Source: Trichodelitschia bisporula | Lineage: Eukaryota | Assembly (NCBI GenBank): GCA_010356995.1 | Contig: ML996698.1 | Span: 183,923-247,922, forward strand | Length of the DNA: 64,000 nucleotides | Direction: 5' to 3' | In this document: piece by piece, positions 49,281 to 60,927 of the stretch | Position numbering within the stretch: position 1 is the first letter of the stretch | Layout: each line of letters starts with the position of its first letter | Program-made: the position numbers and the translations under genes | Notes under the pieces: generated by a model | What the model was told of the DNA's origin: nothing | Databases searched by the model: none | Seen by the model: only the letters and a program-made list of their open reading frames with translations

Positions 49281-50296
49281 CTATCGTCGCGCTGGCGCCC
49301 CTCCGACCGCACTGCTCGTCGCGCTTCCCCCCATCGAAGCCGTGGTACTCAGATTCCCCGCGGGCGCCGGAGCGGGCGGCGCCGCCATGGGCGCGGGCTC
49401 AGGCATAGCACCTGTATCGTCAGTCTCTCCTCTCCCAGCACTAACGGAAGGACATACCTAAGAACCCACCAAACGCACCCTGCCCTGCATTCCCCGGGAA
49501 GGCACCTGCACCGCAAAGACACATGCACGAGCACGCCTGACCATTGCCGGTAGACCCCTGGCCCGCAACGACAGAAGGCACAGCGCCGGCCGCCCCCGTC
49601 GCACCCGTCGCCGCTGCGTTCTGGTTCCCGACGTTGATGCTAATGGTGCTAGCGACCTGTGCGACTGCGGAGGGGGCCTGAATGGCGGCGAGGGCGAGGT
49701 TATTCCCACCGACTTTGATGGCGGCCTGCTTGAAGAGGTTGTGCGACTGGCCCTTGCCTTCGGCTGGCGGGTTGATCGTGAATACCATGCCCTTACCGCA
49801 GTGGGTGACTTGGAGGCAGGACATATCTGCTTTGTCAGCCCTTCGACCCTCTCATAGACCGAGACACAACGGGAATCCTACATAGCGGCCCAGCATCCTT
49901 AACGGTGAAGTCCTTGGTTGGTCCAGGGATGGTATTCGCCTCGTTCGCGATAAACCCGCTATTGAACCCGCCTTGCGCGGGCGTGCACGGGCTATCGAAG
50001 CTCGTCTGCACGACGCTGTGGTTGTTGGCCAGGAACTCGAAGCGGATCGTTTGGCCCGGCTGTGCAGTCACGCTTTCGGGGAAGAACTGGAAAGACGGGA
50101 CGGGCTTGCCGGTTGCGCCGGCTGCTTGTGGTCCGCCGGGTAATCCGCCCACGGTCACGGTGAGTGTTTTTGAGGCGTCTGGAGCGGCGGCTTTGGCGGC
50201 CATAACAATCGCTTTCGCAACGACGGGGGCGGGGTGCGTTGCAGCGGCGAGGCCGGCGATTTCGAGCAGATATATAGCGCGCATGGTGAAGCGCAT
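49281..50296 (-). CDS. Secreted cupredoxin-domain protein (3 exons)
   Basis: Signal peptide. FFPESVTAQPGQTIRFEF..NHSVVQTSFDSPC and, after intron 49881-49827, CLQVTHCGKGMVFTINP supply the type-1 Cu ligands H, C, H, M. Confidence 0.85.
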
Positions 50297-50941
50297 TGTA
50301 ATTACAGCCCGCGCAGCGGGGATAAATGAACGAAAGAAAGAAAAAGAGACCTGCTCACGTCACGTTCACGAAGGGAATGGAGTGCTAAGGCTTGGAGGGT
50401 GGGCGGGGGGGTCGCATCGCTTTTGTGGGCGCGATGGGGAGCATCTGAGGCCGTGTGGCGCGGGCGAAACGTGGGCTTCGTTCGGGAGGGGGATTTCCGC
50501 GCGGGTTGGGGGTCATGATGTTTATTGCGGTGGGTGATGGGGGCGGGAATTGGGGCCTCGAGCGTGCGGCGTGTGGAAGGCGTCTCATATCGTTCCAGGT
50601 GTGTTGCAGGCTGGGTCACGTGACCATGATAGGGGAGGTTTTTTGCTGGGACTTTTGCTGCTGCGGCGGGGAGGATTGAAGTCACGAGTAGCTGGGACGC
50701 GGGGGTTCAAGATTATGAGGGCCGTGGAGTGTTTGGTGTTTGCTGCTGCTGCGATCGGGGTCGCGATGCTTGGCTGGTGAAACGGAACGGGCAACGGCTC
50801 GTCAGCTATGGCTTGATTGACAGATGACAATGCTCACATTATCTCGGCCGTAGAAGCTTGTTTAGCCCCAAATCGGTGCTGATGCCCTCAGACTCTCATC
50901 TTAAGTCTGTGCCCGTCGATAAAAAATTCTCCTTTGCATCA

Positions 50942-51896
50942 TCACTTCTTCCCTTGCTGCTGCCCGGCGTAGAGCCCCGAGTAGTACCCAGCGTGGTACC
51001 ACGCCATCATGAGGCCCTTCTGAGCTGGATCTTGCACTGCTTTAATCAGCGAATCTTCCTAATCAAACAAGGCATTGAAAACTCACCAGTCCCAAGTAGC
51101 TCCTGCGGAATCTCGGCCCCGCCCAGCTGACTTTGCGGCCGCGGCTCCGTGGTCGCCGATGATTGTTGCTGCCCATCGTGGAGCCCCGAGTAGTACCCAG
51201 CGTAGTACCATGACATAACAAGGTTCTTCAGCGTGGGGTCTTGCACTGCGCCCATCAGCGGATCTCCTAGATTAAATGGGCATCGGAAACTTACCCGCCT
51301 GTGGAATTCCAGCCCCGCCCGACTGGTTCTGCGGCTGCGGCTCTGTCGCTGATGGCTGCTGCTGTGTCATCGTGGACTGCGCGGTCTGAGGGAGATCGGG
51401 CCCTATGGCTGGCTGCGGGAGGTCGTCATCGGAGTCACCATCGAGCGCCATGGCCTCAGATGCGCCGTCATCGAGCTCGCCTTCTTCGGCCTCCTCTAAG
51501 GAAGACTCGAAATTGCCCTCCGTCGATGCATCAGGTTCGCGTCCGTTGGTGCTGCGGCCGCCGGTGCGGACAAACTCTCGCTGCCTGAACTGGTCAGCGA
51601 TATCTCACGCATGCAAAGACGAGATATTCGGACAATATAAAAAAAAGGATATAATGGCGCCCTGCTTACGCTTGTAACTGCTCAAGCTCCTCGGCGGTCA
51701 AAACATCTTCTAGGCTCTGACCTTTGGCGTGGATGCTATGGTATTTCTATCAGAGTCAGCATCCGTGATATATCGATATAAGGATGTAAGGGTACAAGCG
51801 CCATACCTTGTACTCAGCTAGCGCTGAATCCCACGACTCGATGAGCGCTGAGTCGTCCCAAGCACGCCGATCACCCATATCTATGGAGAAAGCCAT
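50942..51896 (-). CDS. smn1: Survival motor neuron (SMN) homolog with two YG boxes (5 exons)
   Basis: N-terminal Gemin2-binding motif WDDSALIESWDSALAEYK|KYHSIH. C-terminal MSWYYAGYYSG and a second MAWYHAGYYSG. Last two introns 51294-51246 and 51086-51037. Confidence 0.9.
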
Positions 51897-52204
51897 ATTG
51901 AGTGAGAAGTTGTCAAGTAGAGAATTCGAACCCGAGAAGTTGTGCAGTTGAGAACTTGTGAAGTTGAAATAAACACAAGCTCGCGGCCTAAGAAATAGCG
52001 ATGCGCCCGACACCACAAGCAGGAGTCGCGCTAGTGGAGTAAACTCTTGGCCGCAGCCGGGTGACGGCAAAACCACGGGACGCCCGTGACGCCCAGCCAC
52101 GCCAGCCTTCGGCCAGGGTCCGGCAAAAAAAGTTCGAAGTTCGAACCACAAGTCGCGATTTCACCACCCAACACCCCAACCCCACATCTCCACCGCACGC
52201 AACC

Positions 52205-53946
52205 ATGGCTGCGGATTTAAAGAAAAATAAGCGCAAAGGTATGTAGTCTTGAAATTGTGTATATCGAAGCTAATCGTGTCTAGGCGCAGACAAATCTGCC
52301 CCGGCGGCGAAGAAGCTCAAGCCCGCGCCCCAGGCTGAGCTGAAGAAAGATGCGAAGCCCGTGAAGCCCGTTCCTGCGTCCGAAGCGAAGTCCCCGGCTA
52401 AGTCACCTGCCGCTAAGGCTGCGAAGTCAGAGAAGGCTCTGAAGGATACTGGTGCGGTGTCGCCGGCTTCCAAGGCGGGACGCAAGCGTGCTGCGGACTT
52501 TTTCGAGGCTGATGGGACGCCTGTTGAGAAGGCCCCGCCGGCTAAGGTCAAGAAGGTGGTCAAGGGTGATAAGCAGGTTGGAAATATAGTCGAGCAAGTG
52601 CAGAAGGTCAAGGAAGGACTCAAGAAGGCTCAGGCTGCCGAGAAGGAGATGGAGCAGGCGCTCAAGAAGGTTGAGGAGTTCAAAAAGGCTGACGCCACGG
52701 AGAAGACTGGCAAGAAGGCTAAGAAGGCTGGGAAGCAGGCTCAACCGGAGCCTGAGCTCGCTACGGAGGTCGAGCAGGAAGCCACAGAGGCGGACAAGCC
52801 CAAGGAGTCTAAGAAGAGCAAAAAGAACAAGAAGGCTAGCAAGGCCGAGCCGGAGTCTGTACAGGAGGAGTCAACCAAGGCCACAGCCGACGAGGAGCCC
52901 ATGCCGACATCCATCTCCCGCCCCAAGAAGTCGAAGAAGTCGAAACAGTCGGAGTCTAAGCCAGCACCGGAACCCGCGAACGATGACTTCGCTGGCTTCG
53001 AAAGCGAAGATGATGGCAGTGAAGACGAGGGCAACGACGCTGCGGACCACACTGCCGCGCTGTTGGCTGGCTTTGAGAGCGAGGATGAAGAGTCAGGCGC
53101 AGAGACTGGTATGGATGTCGAGAAGCTGCCCGCTGCGCCGATCAGCGCGAAGGCTCGCAAGCAGCTGAGTAAGGCAAACAGCGCAGACAAGCCGGGCACC
53201 ATCTACGTCGGGTATATTCTTTCCCCTCCCCCCAAACTCCTCCTGCTAATCCCCACAGCCGCATCCCCCACGGCTTTTACGAGCCGCAGATGCAAGCCTA
53301 CTTCTCACAGTTTGGCAACGTGACACGGCTCCGCCTGTCTCGTAACAAACTCACCGGTCGCAGCAAGCACTACGCGTTCATCGAGTTCGATTCTGCGGCC
53401 GTCGCCGACGTTGTCGTCAAGACCATGGACAACTACCTGCTCTACCAACATATCCTGAAGGTGCGCCGTGTGCCCGACGACCAGGTACACCCAGACCTGT
53501 GGAAGGGCGCCAACCACCGCTTCAAGGCCATCCCGCGTGCGCGCATCGAGGCCCGCCGCCTCGAGCGCCCGGCTGACCGCGAGGTCTGGGAGAAGCGCGT
53601 CGACCGTGAGGTCAAGCGGCGCCGTGCCCGGGAGCAGAAACTCAAGGCCAGTGGGCTTGATTACACATTTGAGGCGCCACGGGTTAAGCTTGTGGCGGAT
53701 GTCGCGCGCAAGGAACCTGCTGCGGTTGCCGAGACGGAGCCCGAGAGCCCTGCTGATGCCCCCGAGGTCAAGATGCTGGATGCACCGAAAGAGGTGCAGA
53801 CGGTTGAGGCCCTGTTGACGAAGGCTAAGGGTCTGGTTGAGGTTGGCGATGGCGTTGACGAGGTGGAGATGAAGGTCACGGTCAAGAGCAAGAAGGAAAA
53901 GAAGGAGAAGCCCAAGGCAAAATACTTCAAGAAGCCGAAGGCTTGA
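52205..53946 (+). CDS. NOP15: Nucleolar RRM protein Nop15/NIFK (60S biogenesis), 3 exons
   Basis: Lys/Glu-rich N-terminus, then GTIYVG|RIPHGFYEPQMQAYFSQFG..RLRLSRNKLTGRSKHYAFIEF...TMDNYLL. Introns 52239-52283 and 53212-53258. Confidence 0.92.
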
Positions 53947-54601
53947 GCGGGAGCCGGTCTGGCAACTGGTCGCATCGGGTCAGTCACAGTTGCGAAGAGT
54001 GCAATTGTAGGCTAGAGCGTGTATAGGTTACTCGGATTGTGGCAGTATGGTGTAGGCGTTGTGCTTGGTCGATGTATGTCTGTTGCTCGTTGCAATGGGA
54101 AGTACTCTAGAGCATGGGCTAGCGACGCTATTCAGGATGGGCCACAGGATAACCTCCCGATATTATGTACCTGAATTGAGGAGCAAGCCATATGTATCTA
54201 TGCTGGCTGTCATCTCTGCCAACAAATTCTAGAGAAGGTGTCATCAGACTTGACACGATGAGGTGCTCCCGTAGTCAGAGCATTGGCTACATATCTGTTA
54301 CAGCCAGCTGATGGGCTGGGGGTACTTCAGGCCCAGGGCTACCCCAAAAAGTCAGGTCCTACCCTCACCAAAATTTGGCAGAGGGTCATGTCGCCGGGGT
54401 GGTCAAGACTTCTTTTTCTATGAGCCCTTGAGCCTTACCAACACACAAATTTTGATTGGCATCAGCAGACATCGAAATCTTGGCAAGCCACCCGACATCG
54501 CTCACGACAACTCCACAGCCTTTTCTCTCCGCCTTTCCTCCGCCTCACCTCCGCTCTCCAGCCCCACAACCCACCTCACCCATCCCGTACCCTATACTAC
54601 C

Positions 54602-57145
54602 ATGCGGGCACACACCTTGAGAGTGGGCGCTGTACCAGCCCTCTCAGTATATTTGCCCTCAATCCCTCGCATATCGCAGTCACTGATCAGCCCCGCAGCG
54701 CCGCTCCCCCCGCCTCCGCCGCACCCTCGCAACCGCAACCAATGTCTACCCCTCGCAGCGCGACGTCGCCGCCCGCACACCGCCGTACAGCAAGCTTCTG
54801 CGCAACCTTGCGCGGGTGCGCGAGGTACTCGGCCCGGCGCGGGCACTCACGCTGGCGGAAAAGATCCTGTACTCGCATCTCGAGAACGCGGAGGAGTCGC
54901 TGCTGAGCGGGACGGATAACGGGGCAAGGATACGCGGGAATGCGAATTTGAAGCTTAAGCCGGATCGCGTGGCGATGCAGGATGCGTCGGCGCAGATGGC
55001 GCTGTTGCAGTTCATGTCGTGTGGCTTGCCGGCGACGGCGGTGCCGGCGAGCATTCATTGCGATCATATGATTGTGGGGGAGAAGGGGGCGGATGTGGAT
55101 CTGCCGGAGGGGATTAAGGGGAATAAGGAGGTGTTTGACTTTTTGGAGAGTGCGGCGAAGAAGTATGGGATTGAGTTTTGGCCCCCGGGTGCGGGTATCA
55201 TTCATCAGACTGTGCTGGAGAATTACTCGGCGCCTGGGCTGATGATGCTGGGGACGGATAGCCATACGCCTAATGCAGGCGGACTGGGAGCTATTGCTAT
55301 TGGTGTTGGAGGTGCGGATGCTGTTGACGCGCTCGTGGATGCGCCGTGGGAGCTGAAGGCGCCGAAGGTGCTGGGTGTCCGGTTAGAAGGCGAATTGAGC
55401 GGGTGGGCCTCGCCCAAGGACGTCATCCTGGCTCTTGCCGGGAGACTGACCGTCCGGGTATGTAAATCAGTCCCTGTCAATGCGTTCCCTAATCCTCCTC
55501 GCAGGGCGGCACGGGCAAGATCATCGAGTACTTCGGCCCGGGCGTCGACACGCTCAGCTGCACCGGCATGGCAACGATTTGCAACATGGGCGCCGAAGTC
55601 GGCGCCACAACATCCATCTTCCCCTTCTCCCCCGGCCACGTCCCGTATCTGCACGCCACGCACCGCGGCTCCATCGCCGACGAGGTAACCAAGCTGTCAG
55701 GCATGCCGGAGGCGCAGAATCTGCTCCGCCCCGACTCCAAGGCTGAGTACGATGATGTCGTCACCATCAACCTGTCCACCCTCGAGCCGCACATCAACGG
55801 CCCCTTCACCCCGGATCTCAGCACCCCGCTATCCCAATTCGCCGCCGCCGTCGAGGCGAATAACTGGCCGGCCGAGCTGTCCTCAGGCCTCATCGGCAGC
55901 TGCACCAACAGCTCCTACGCCGACATGACCCGCGCCGAGGACCTGGTCAAGCAAGCCGCGGCCGCGGGCCTAGAGCCCAAGTCTAAATTCTTCATCACGC
56001 CGGGCAGTGAGCAAATCCGTGCCACGCTGGAAGCGGACAACACGCTGCAGACCTTCGAATCCGCGGGCGGCGTCGTGCTGGCCAATGCCTGTGGCCCATG
56101 CATCGGGATGTGGAAGCGCACCGATGGCGTGGTCAAGGGCACACCCAACGCCATCTTCACAAGCTACAACCGCAACTTCCCCGCGCGCAACGACGGCGAC
56201 CGCGCGACACACAATTTCCTCGCATCCCCGGAGCTGGTTACCGCGATGGCGTATGCGGGCACCACGACGTTTAACCCGCTGACGGACGAGCTTCCGACTC
56301 CCAGCGGGAAGCCGTTCAAGTTCCACCCCCCTGAGGGCCGGACTCTTCCTGACTCTGGCTTTGCGCAGGGAAATCCTGAGTTCTTGCCTACGCCTGGCGT
56401 GCCGGATCCCAGCGTCGAGATCAAGATTGATCCTAACAGCACGCGTCTCGCCGTCCTGGACCCGTTTCCCCCTTTCCCACCCACGGACTTCAAGGCCCTC
56501 CGCGTGCTCTACAAGGTCAAGGGGCAATGCACGACGGACACCATCAGCGCCGCAGGCCCGTGGCTCAAATTCAAAGGGCACCTGCCCAACATTTCTGAAA
56601 ACACGCTTATCGGCGCCGTGAACGCCGAGACCGGCGAAACGAACACAGCATACGACGTCGATGGCTCGGCCCGGACGATCCCGGAGCTCGCGAAGAGGTG
56701 GCGGGACAACGGGACCGAGTGGCTGGTGGTCGCAGAGCATAACTACGGCGAGGGCAGCGCGCGCGAGCACGCGGCGCTGCAGCCGCGGTATTTAGGCGGG
56801 AGAGTCATATTAGCGAAGAGCTTTGCGCGGATCCACGAGACGAATTTGAAGAAGCAGGGGGTTGTGCCGCTGACGTTTGCTGACGAGGCGGATTATGATC
56901 TCATCCGGTCGTGCGATGAGGTTGAGACGGTGGGGTTGAGGGAGGTTTTGGAGAAGGGGGGGGAGGGGGAGGTTAGGCTGCTGGTGAGGAGGGGGGGGGA
57001 GGTCGTTGCTGAGGTAAGGACGAAGCATACGCTTAGTGCGGATCAGTGTGGGTTTATTATTGCGGGGAGTGCGTTGAATTTATTGGCTAGGAGGGGGAGG
57101 GAGGGGAGGGAGGAGGTGGTGAGGGAGGTGGAGTTGTCGGATTAG
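54602..57145 (+). CDS. ACO2: Mitochondrial aconitase-family homocitrate dehydratase (Aco2/AcoB type), 3 exons
   Basis: Arg-rich presequence [26 protein letters not shown]...[50 protein letters not shown] and [10 protein letters not shown]. Introns 54623-54698 and 55458-55504. Confidence 0.92.
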
Positions 57146-57636
57146 GTGTGTGGTGGATATATGCCTCTGGGACTGGGTTTTGAGTGCACTTTGTAGGGTT
57201 TGAAAAGGGGGGGAAGAGTCATTCGTACTGAAAAGAGCAAGATGTCGTCATACAGTCGTTCCGCGATCCAAAAGCCAAAGAACCCATCGCTGATACTCCA
57301 CGCCTCGTCTTCCAACCGCGTTTCTCAACCGGTACTTGACAAGTCCAACAACCGATACACGCCGATTCGCATCCCAGTCCACCATCAGTGATACCCCTCA
57401 CAGGAACTCAAGCCCAACCAAGTGCCGCAGCAGCCGTCAGGAAGTAGCCCATCCCGATTTGCATCCGCGGCGCTGAAGATGTCGACGTCGAGTTCCTGTG
57501 CTGGGCGGACCCGATTGCTGCACGCTCACGTGGTTCCGTGCTGGCCAGCTGGGTGCCGTGTTGGCGGTGTTGGTTCTGCTTTGGAGGCTTAGCTTGACAC
57601 ACTTCTTTGTGGTTTTGACGTACCCGGTTCCGCGCC

Positions 57637-59829
57637 TTAGATTATTTTGATGGTCGAATACTCTCTCGGAAAGTTACAGTCCGGTATCATATCATCCGAG
57701 GAGGGGATATTTACTTCAGAACTGAAGGCACAGAAAACTCCCACTCGCGTGAAGGTGGCTTTGGCAGATGCGGGCTCCAGAATGAGGTAGTAGCATTTCC
57801 TAGTGGCACGCTCGCCCGGCTCAGCCGCGGCGCAGCCTTGAGCCATGAGCAATATGGCGTCAATGGTGGATTCCCGCCATTTAAATGGAATAATGTCAGG
57901 ATAAAGCCCCCATCCATTAAGACTGGAATAGGGAACTTTGCGCATCGGCCCCCGAAGTACCATGTACCCGTTGGCATCTGCGACTTGCCCGTTGCTTTTC
58001 TGATGTACGTTGACTTCCAGCACCTCGGTATACCAAGTCTCTAAGTTGACGTGTGCCTGACGGTGGTAAACATGCCGAACAAAGCCGCGCTGAGTTGGCA
58101 TCCATGGATCAAGACTAACTGACGCCCAGGACCATGAGGGTGCGACATCGACTTGACGGATTGTGCGGAATCCCCTCGGCTGTTCGTGACTGTCCACGCA
58201 CCAAAGAAGGTCAGATGGAAAGAGCCTCCCGTCCAGCATGCCAGCTACGGCTTTTAGACCGCTGACTTCGACGATAGCCCCTATTGCAACCAGTCTGTCG
58301 GTTGGTTCGGTCAGTCGCAGTTCAGAGTATCTAGCCCGTAGCAGCCGCCACTCACTCAGGACTGTGAACTCCTCATCCAGCAATTGGGAATGCTGAGGGG
58401 TTTTCAGGTTAGCCATTTCGGAAACGTGTCCGGTTAAGTTTCGCAACTTTAACTTCGATTGTTGAAACCGCAGTCCAGCACAAAACTCGTTCTCGTTCGC
58501 GCGATTACAGCTCCAAGAAACATGGTCCAAGCCAAAGGAAAGGGACCGTGATGCAAGCAGCCTTTCCTGGAGAACCCATCCACGGGTATCGAGTGGATTA
58601 CAATCGTCGGATAGAGAATAGCAGGCCGCAATAACCCGGTCTTCACCGAGCCTGTTCTTGTATAAGCACCGGTAAAGCGGCAAGGGGTTCCTTTGGACAA
58701 ATAATCCCATCGTTGGATTTCGACCCCACGCCGCGGCGATATTGAGGACGGCATTGGAGTACACACTGGCCATTACCGCGGATTCTGTTATCCAGTCTGC
58801 GTCCGGCACCTGTCCCTTGTTGGCTTGGATAATGCAAAGGGAGTCGATCCAAAGATAACGATACCCGAGCTGGCGCGTAACAGTGAAAGCATCGGCGAAA
58901 GTAGCTGGAAGCCGATCTTCGGGAATCTTGTTGAGAAACTCATCCAAATTCTGCCGCGTAAGACTGAGAAACTCTGCACCTCCCCAGCAGTGGCTCAGTG
59001 TGAAGTACGGTGGTAACGGATCCATGTTTTCTGTTTTGCACAACCGAGCCGAACCTGGCCGAATGCCAACATCCAACAAGCGCGTCGGCCGGCCGTTGGG
59101 TTTCAACAATGGATTTCGGCATTCAGGATGATCAGAAGAGCAGGTGTGAAGCCAGCGCTTCATTTTGTCTAAGCATGCACGAGACCCAGTCCAGATGGGA
59201 AGGATATCGTCACTGTAGACGTTCTCTCCAGGCTTGAAGTTGATAAATTTTTGAGAGCTTAAATGGCGGCCCTGTGCGTTTGGCATTTCCAACGTCGACT
59301 TTTCGCAGTCCTCAGCACTGTCAAGACCGCATGATACATGGGTCGAGGGAACGATGAACCTCATATTGAAACATGATGGGCTGCTCGGACTTGTCACATA
59401 AATACTGTTATCGCGTTGCTCGCAAAATCTTTCAGTCGACGATCGGGTTTGACTGCAAGAGGTTCCAGGGGTTCCCGACATGCACGGGAAGTTTGATAAC
59501 TCGAATGATCCGAGCTCCTTGAGCAATGTGTAGTACCGTATTGAACAGAGGTGACAGCCCGCGTTGGCCGAGAGCGCTACCTCGCGCAGACATTTGTGCC
59601 GAAGACCCTCATAGGTTGCCTCCAGCCCACTATCGGAGGCGAATGGGTTCAGAAGTCTGGAAAAATCGGAGGCTGATAGGTTCAGAAGTTTGGAACCTTT
59701 AAGGGTGGCCCGACACTCGTCACAGAGCTGGTTCGGCGTCACACAAGCCTCGCCGTCCTGCCCAAAAATTCCACGGGATGGATCAGGAAGCGCCTTGGCC
59801 AGGCTCAGGGGAGGTTGATAGTCCGACAT
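57637..59829 (-). CDS. HET-domain (heterokaryon incompatibility) protein
   Basis: 730-aa intronless ORF with PTRLLDV, YFTLSHCWG, LPATFADA, YLWIDSLCIIQ, MASVYSNAVLNIAA, PLDTRGWVLQERLLA and APSWSWAS. Confidence 0.95.
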   Translation of the reverse strand: MSDYQPPLSLAKALPDPSRGIFGQDGEACVTPNQLCDECRATLKGSKLLNLSASDFSRLLNPFASDSGLEATYEGLRHKCLREVALSANAGCHLCSIRYYTLLKELGSFELSNFPCMSGTPGTSCSQTRSSTERFCEQRDNSIYVTSPSSPSCFNMRFIVPSTHVSCGLDSAEDCEKSTLEMPNAQGRHLSSQKFINFKPGENVYSDDILPIWTGSRACLDKMKRWLHTCSSDHPECRNPLLKPNGRPTRLLDVGIRPGSARLCKTENMDPLPPYFTLSHCWGGAEFLSLTRQNLDEFLNKIPEDRLPATFADAFTVTRQLGYRYLWIDSLCIIQANKGQVPDADWITESAVMASVYSNAVLNIAAAWGRNPTMGLFVQRNPLPLYRCLYKNRLGEDRVIAACYSLSDDCNPLDTRGWVLQERLLASRSLSFGLDHVSWSCNRANENEFCAGLRFQQSKLKLRNLTGHVSEMANLKTPQHSQLLDEEFTVLSEWRLLRARYSELRLTEPTDRLVAIGAIVEVSGLKAVAGMLDGRLFPSDLLWCVDSHEQPRGFRTIRQVDVAPSWSWASVSLDPWMPTQRGFVRHVYHRQAHVNLETWYTEVLEVNVHQKSNGQVADANGYMVLRGPMRKVPYSSLNGWGLYPDIIPFKWRESTIDAILLMAQGCAAAEPGERATRKCYYLILEPASAKATFTRVGVFCAFSSEVNIPSSDDMIPDCNFPREYSTIKII

Positions 59830-60927
59830 CTTTCCAGCACGGTGGATGAAGTAGAAGAGTCAGGATGGCAGGCGATCGACGGAGACAAGGCTGAGAACTG
59901 TTAGGAGGGGTCTTTCTCGTCATGAGCGGGAAACGAACTGAAAGTGCAATATTCCGAGTAGCGCCAGGTCGACGGATTATCCTGGATTTTGATTGATGCC
60001 AGAGATGAGAGCGCTGTGCGTGTGGATGGAAGTTGGGAGTTTGAAGGAAGGCTGCGGAGAGTCAGGCTGGCAGCTTGATCTATGCCCGCCCGCAAAATGC
60101 GCCTCGCCTCGCTCCAGGCCATTTCCCTCCAGTAATACGTCTCCACAGCGAAGCACGTTTGTCACTGGGCGAAGGCGCAGCACGAGCTGAACCCTGAGTA
60201 CCGGTAGTTGAGAGCTGTACGTGGTTACACTTGAGATGTGCCCACTGTAAGTATCGGCCTTTTGGTGCGTCAAACGCGCGGTTGACCGTACGAGATGGGG
60301 TTACAATGGTGCGCCTGCCGCCGCTGCTTATCGTGACGTCAAGAAAGAAAAAGCAAGATACTTGAATTCTGAGCTGAGATGAAGAGAGAAAGCAAAGTCA
60401 CAACTGTTGTCTGCCTTGGTTCCGGCCGATGCTAAGACGCTAGCACTCTGCTCCTTCCGTAGTATCCATGCCACCGGCGATGTAACTGCACACGATGGTG
60501 CCTGCGCATCATCTTCGCTAGGATCAAGGATGCTTTTACAGCACTCGAAGAGGACATAGTAAGCTATATCAACGTAGTCACAAACGCGTATACTACTGGG
60601 ATTGCGGCGCATCAGGGCAATCAAGAGAAAGTCCCAGCACGCTTCAAGACTCCGTGTATCCAGCGGAGGCATCTCCACCATCCAAGGCAGAATCCACGCC
60701 CTACCGGCAACCGCATCCGTCTTGTCGGCGCCCAAATCCGTCACAATACATTATACCCGTACCCGAATACCAATGCAAGGCCAAACAGCCTATACCATAT
60801 ATTGATCATCGCTCATGAGGTATCCATGCCCCGCAACGCCACGAACCGCATCCACACCCACGAACCACTCAACACCCAGCAGTCCAACACAGCGCAAAAC
60901 GCCGGATATACCCGCCTCCCCAACAAC

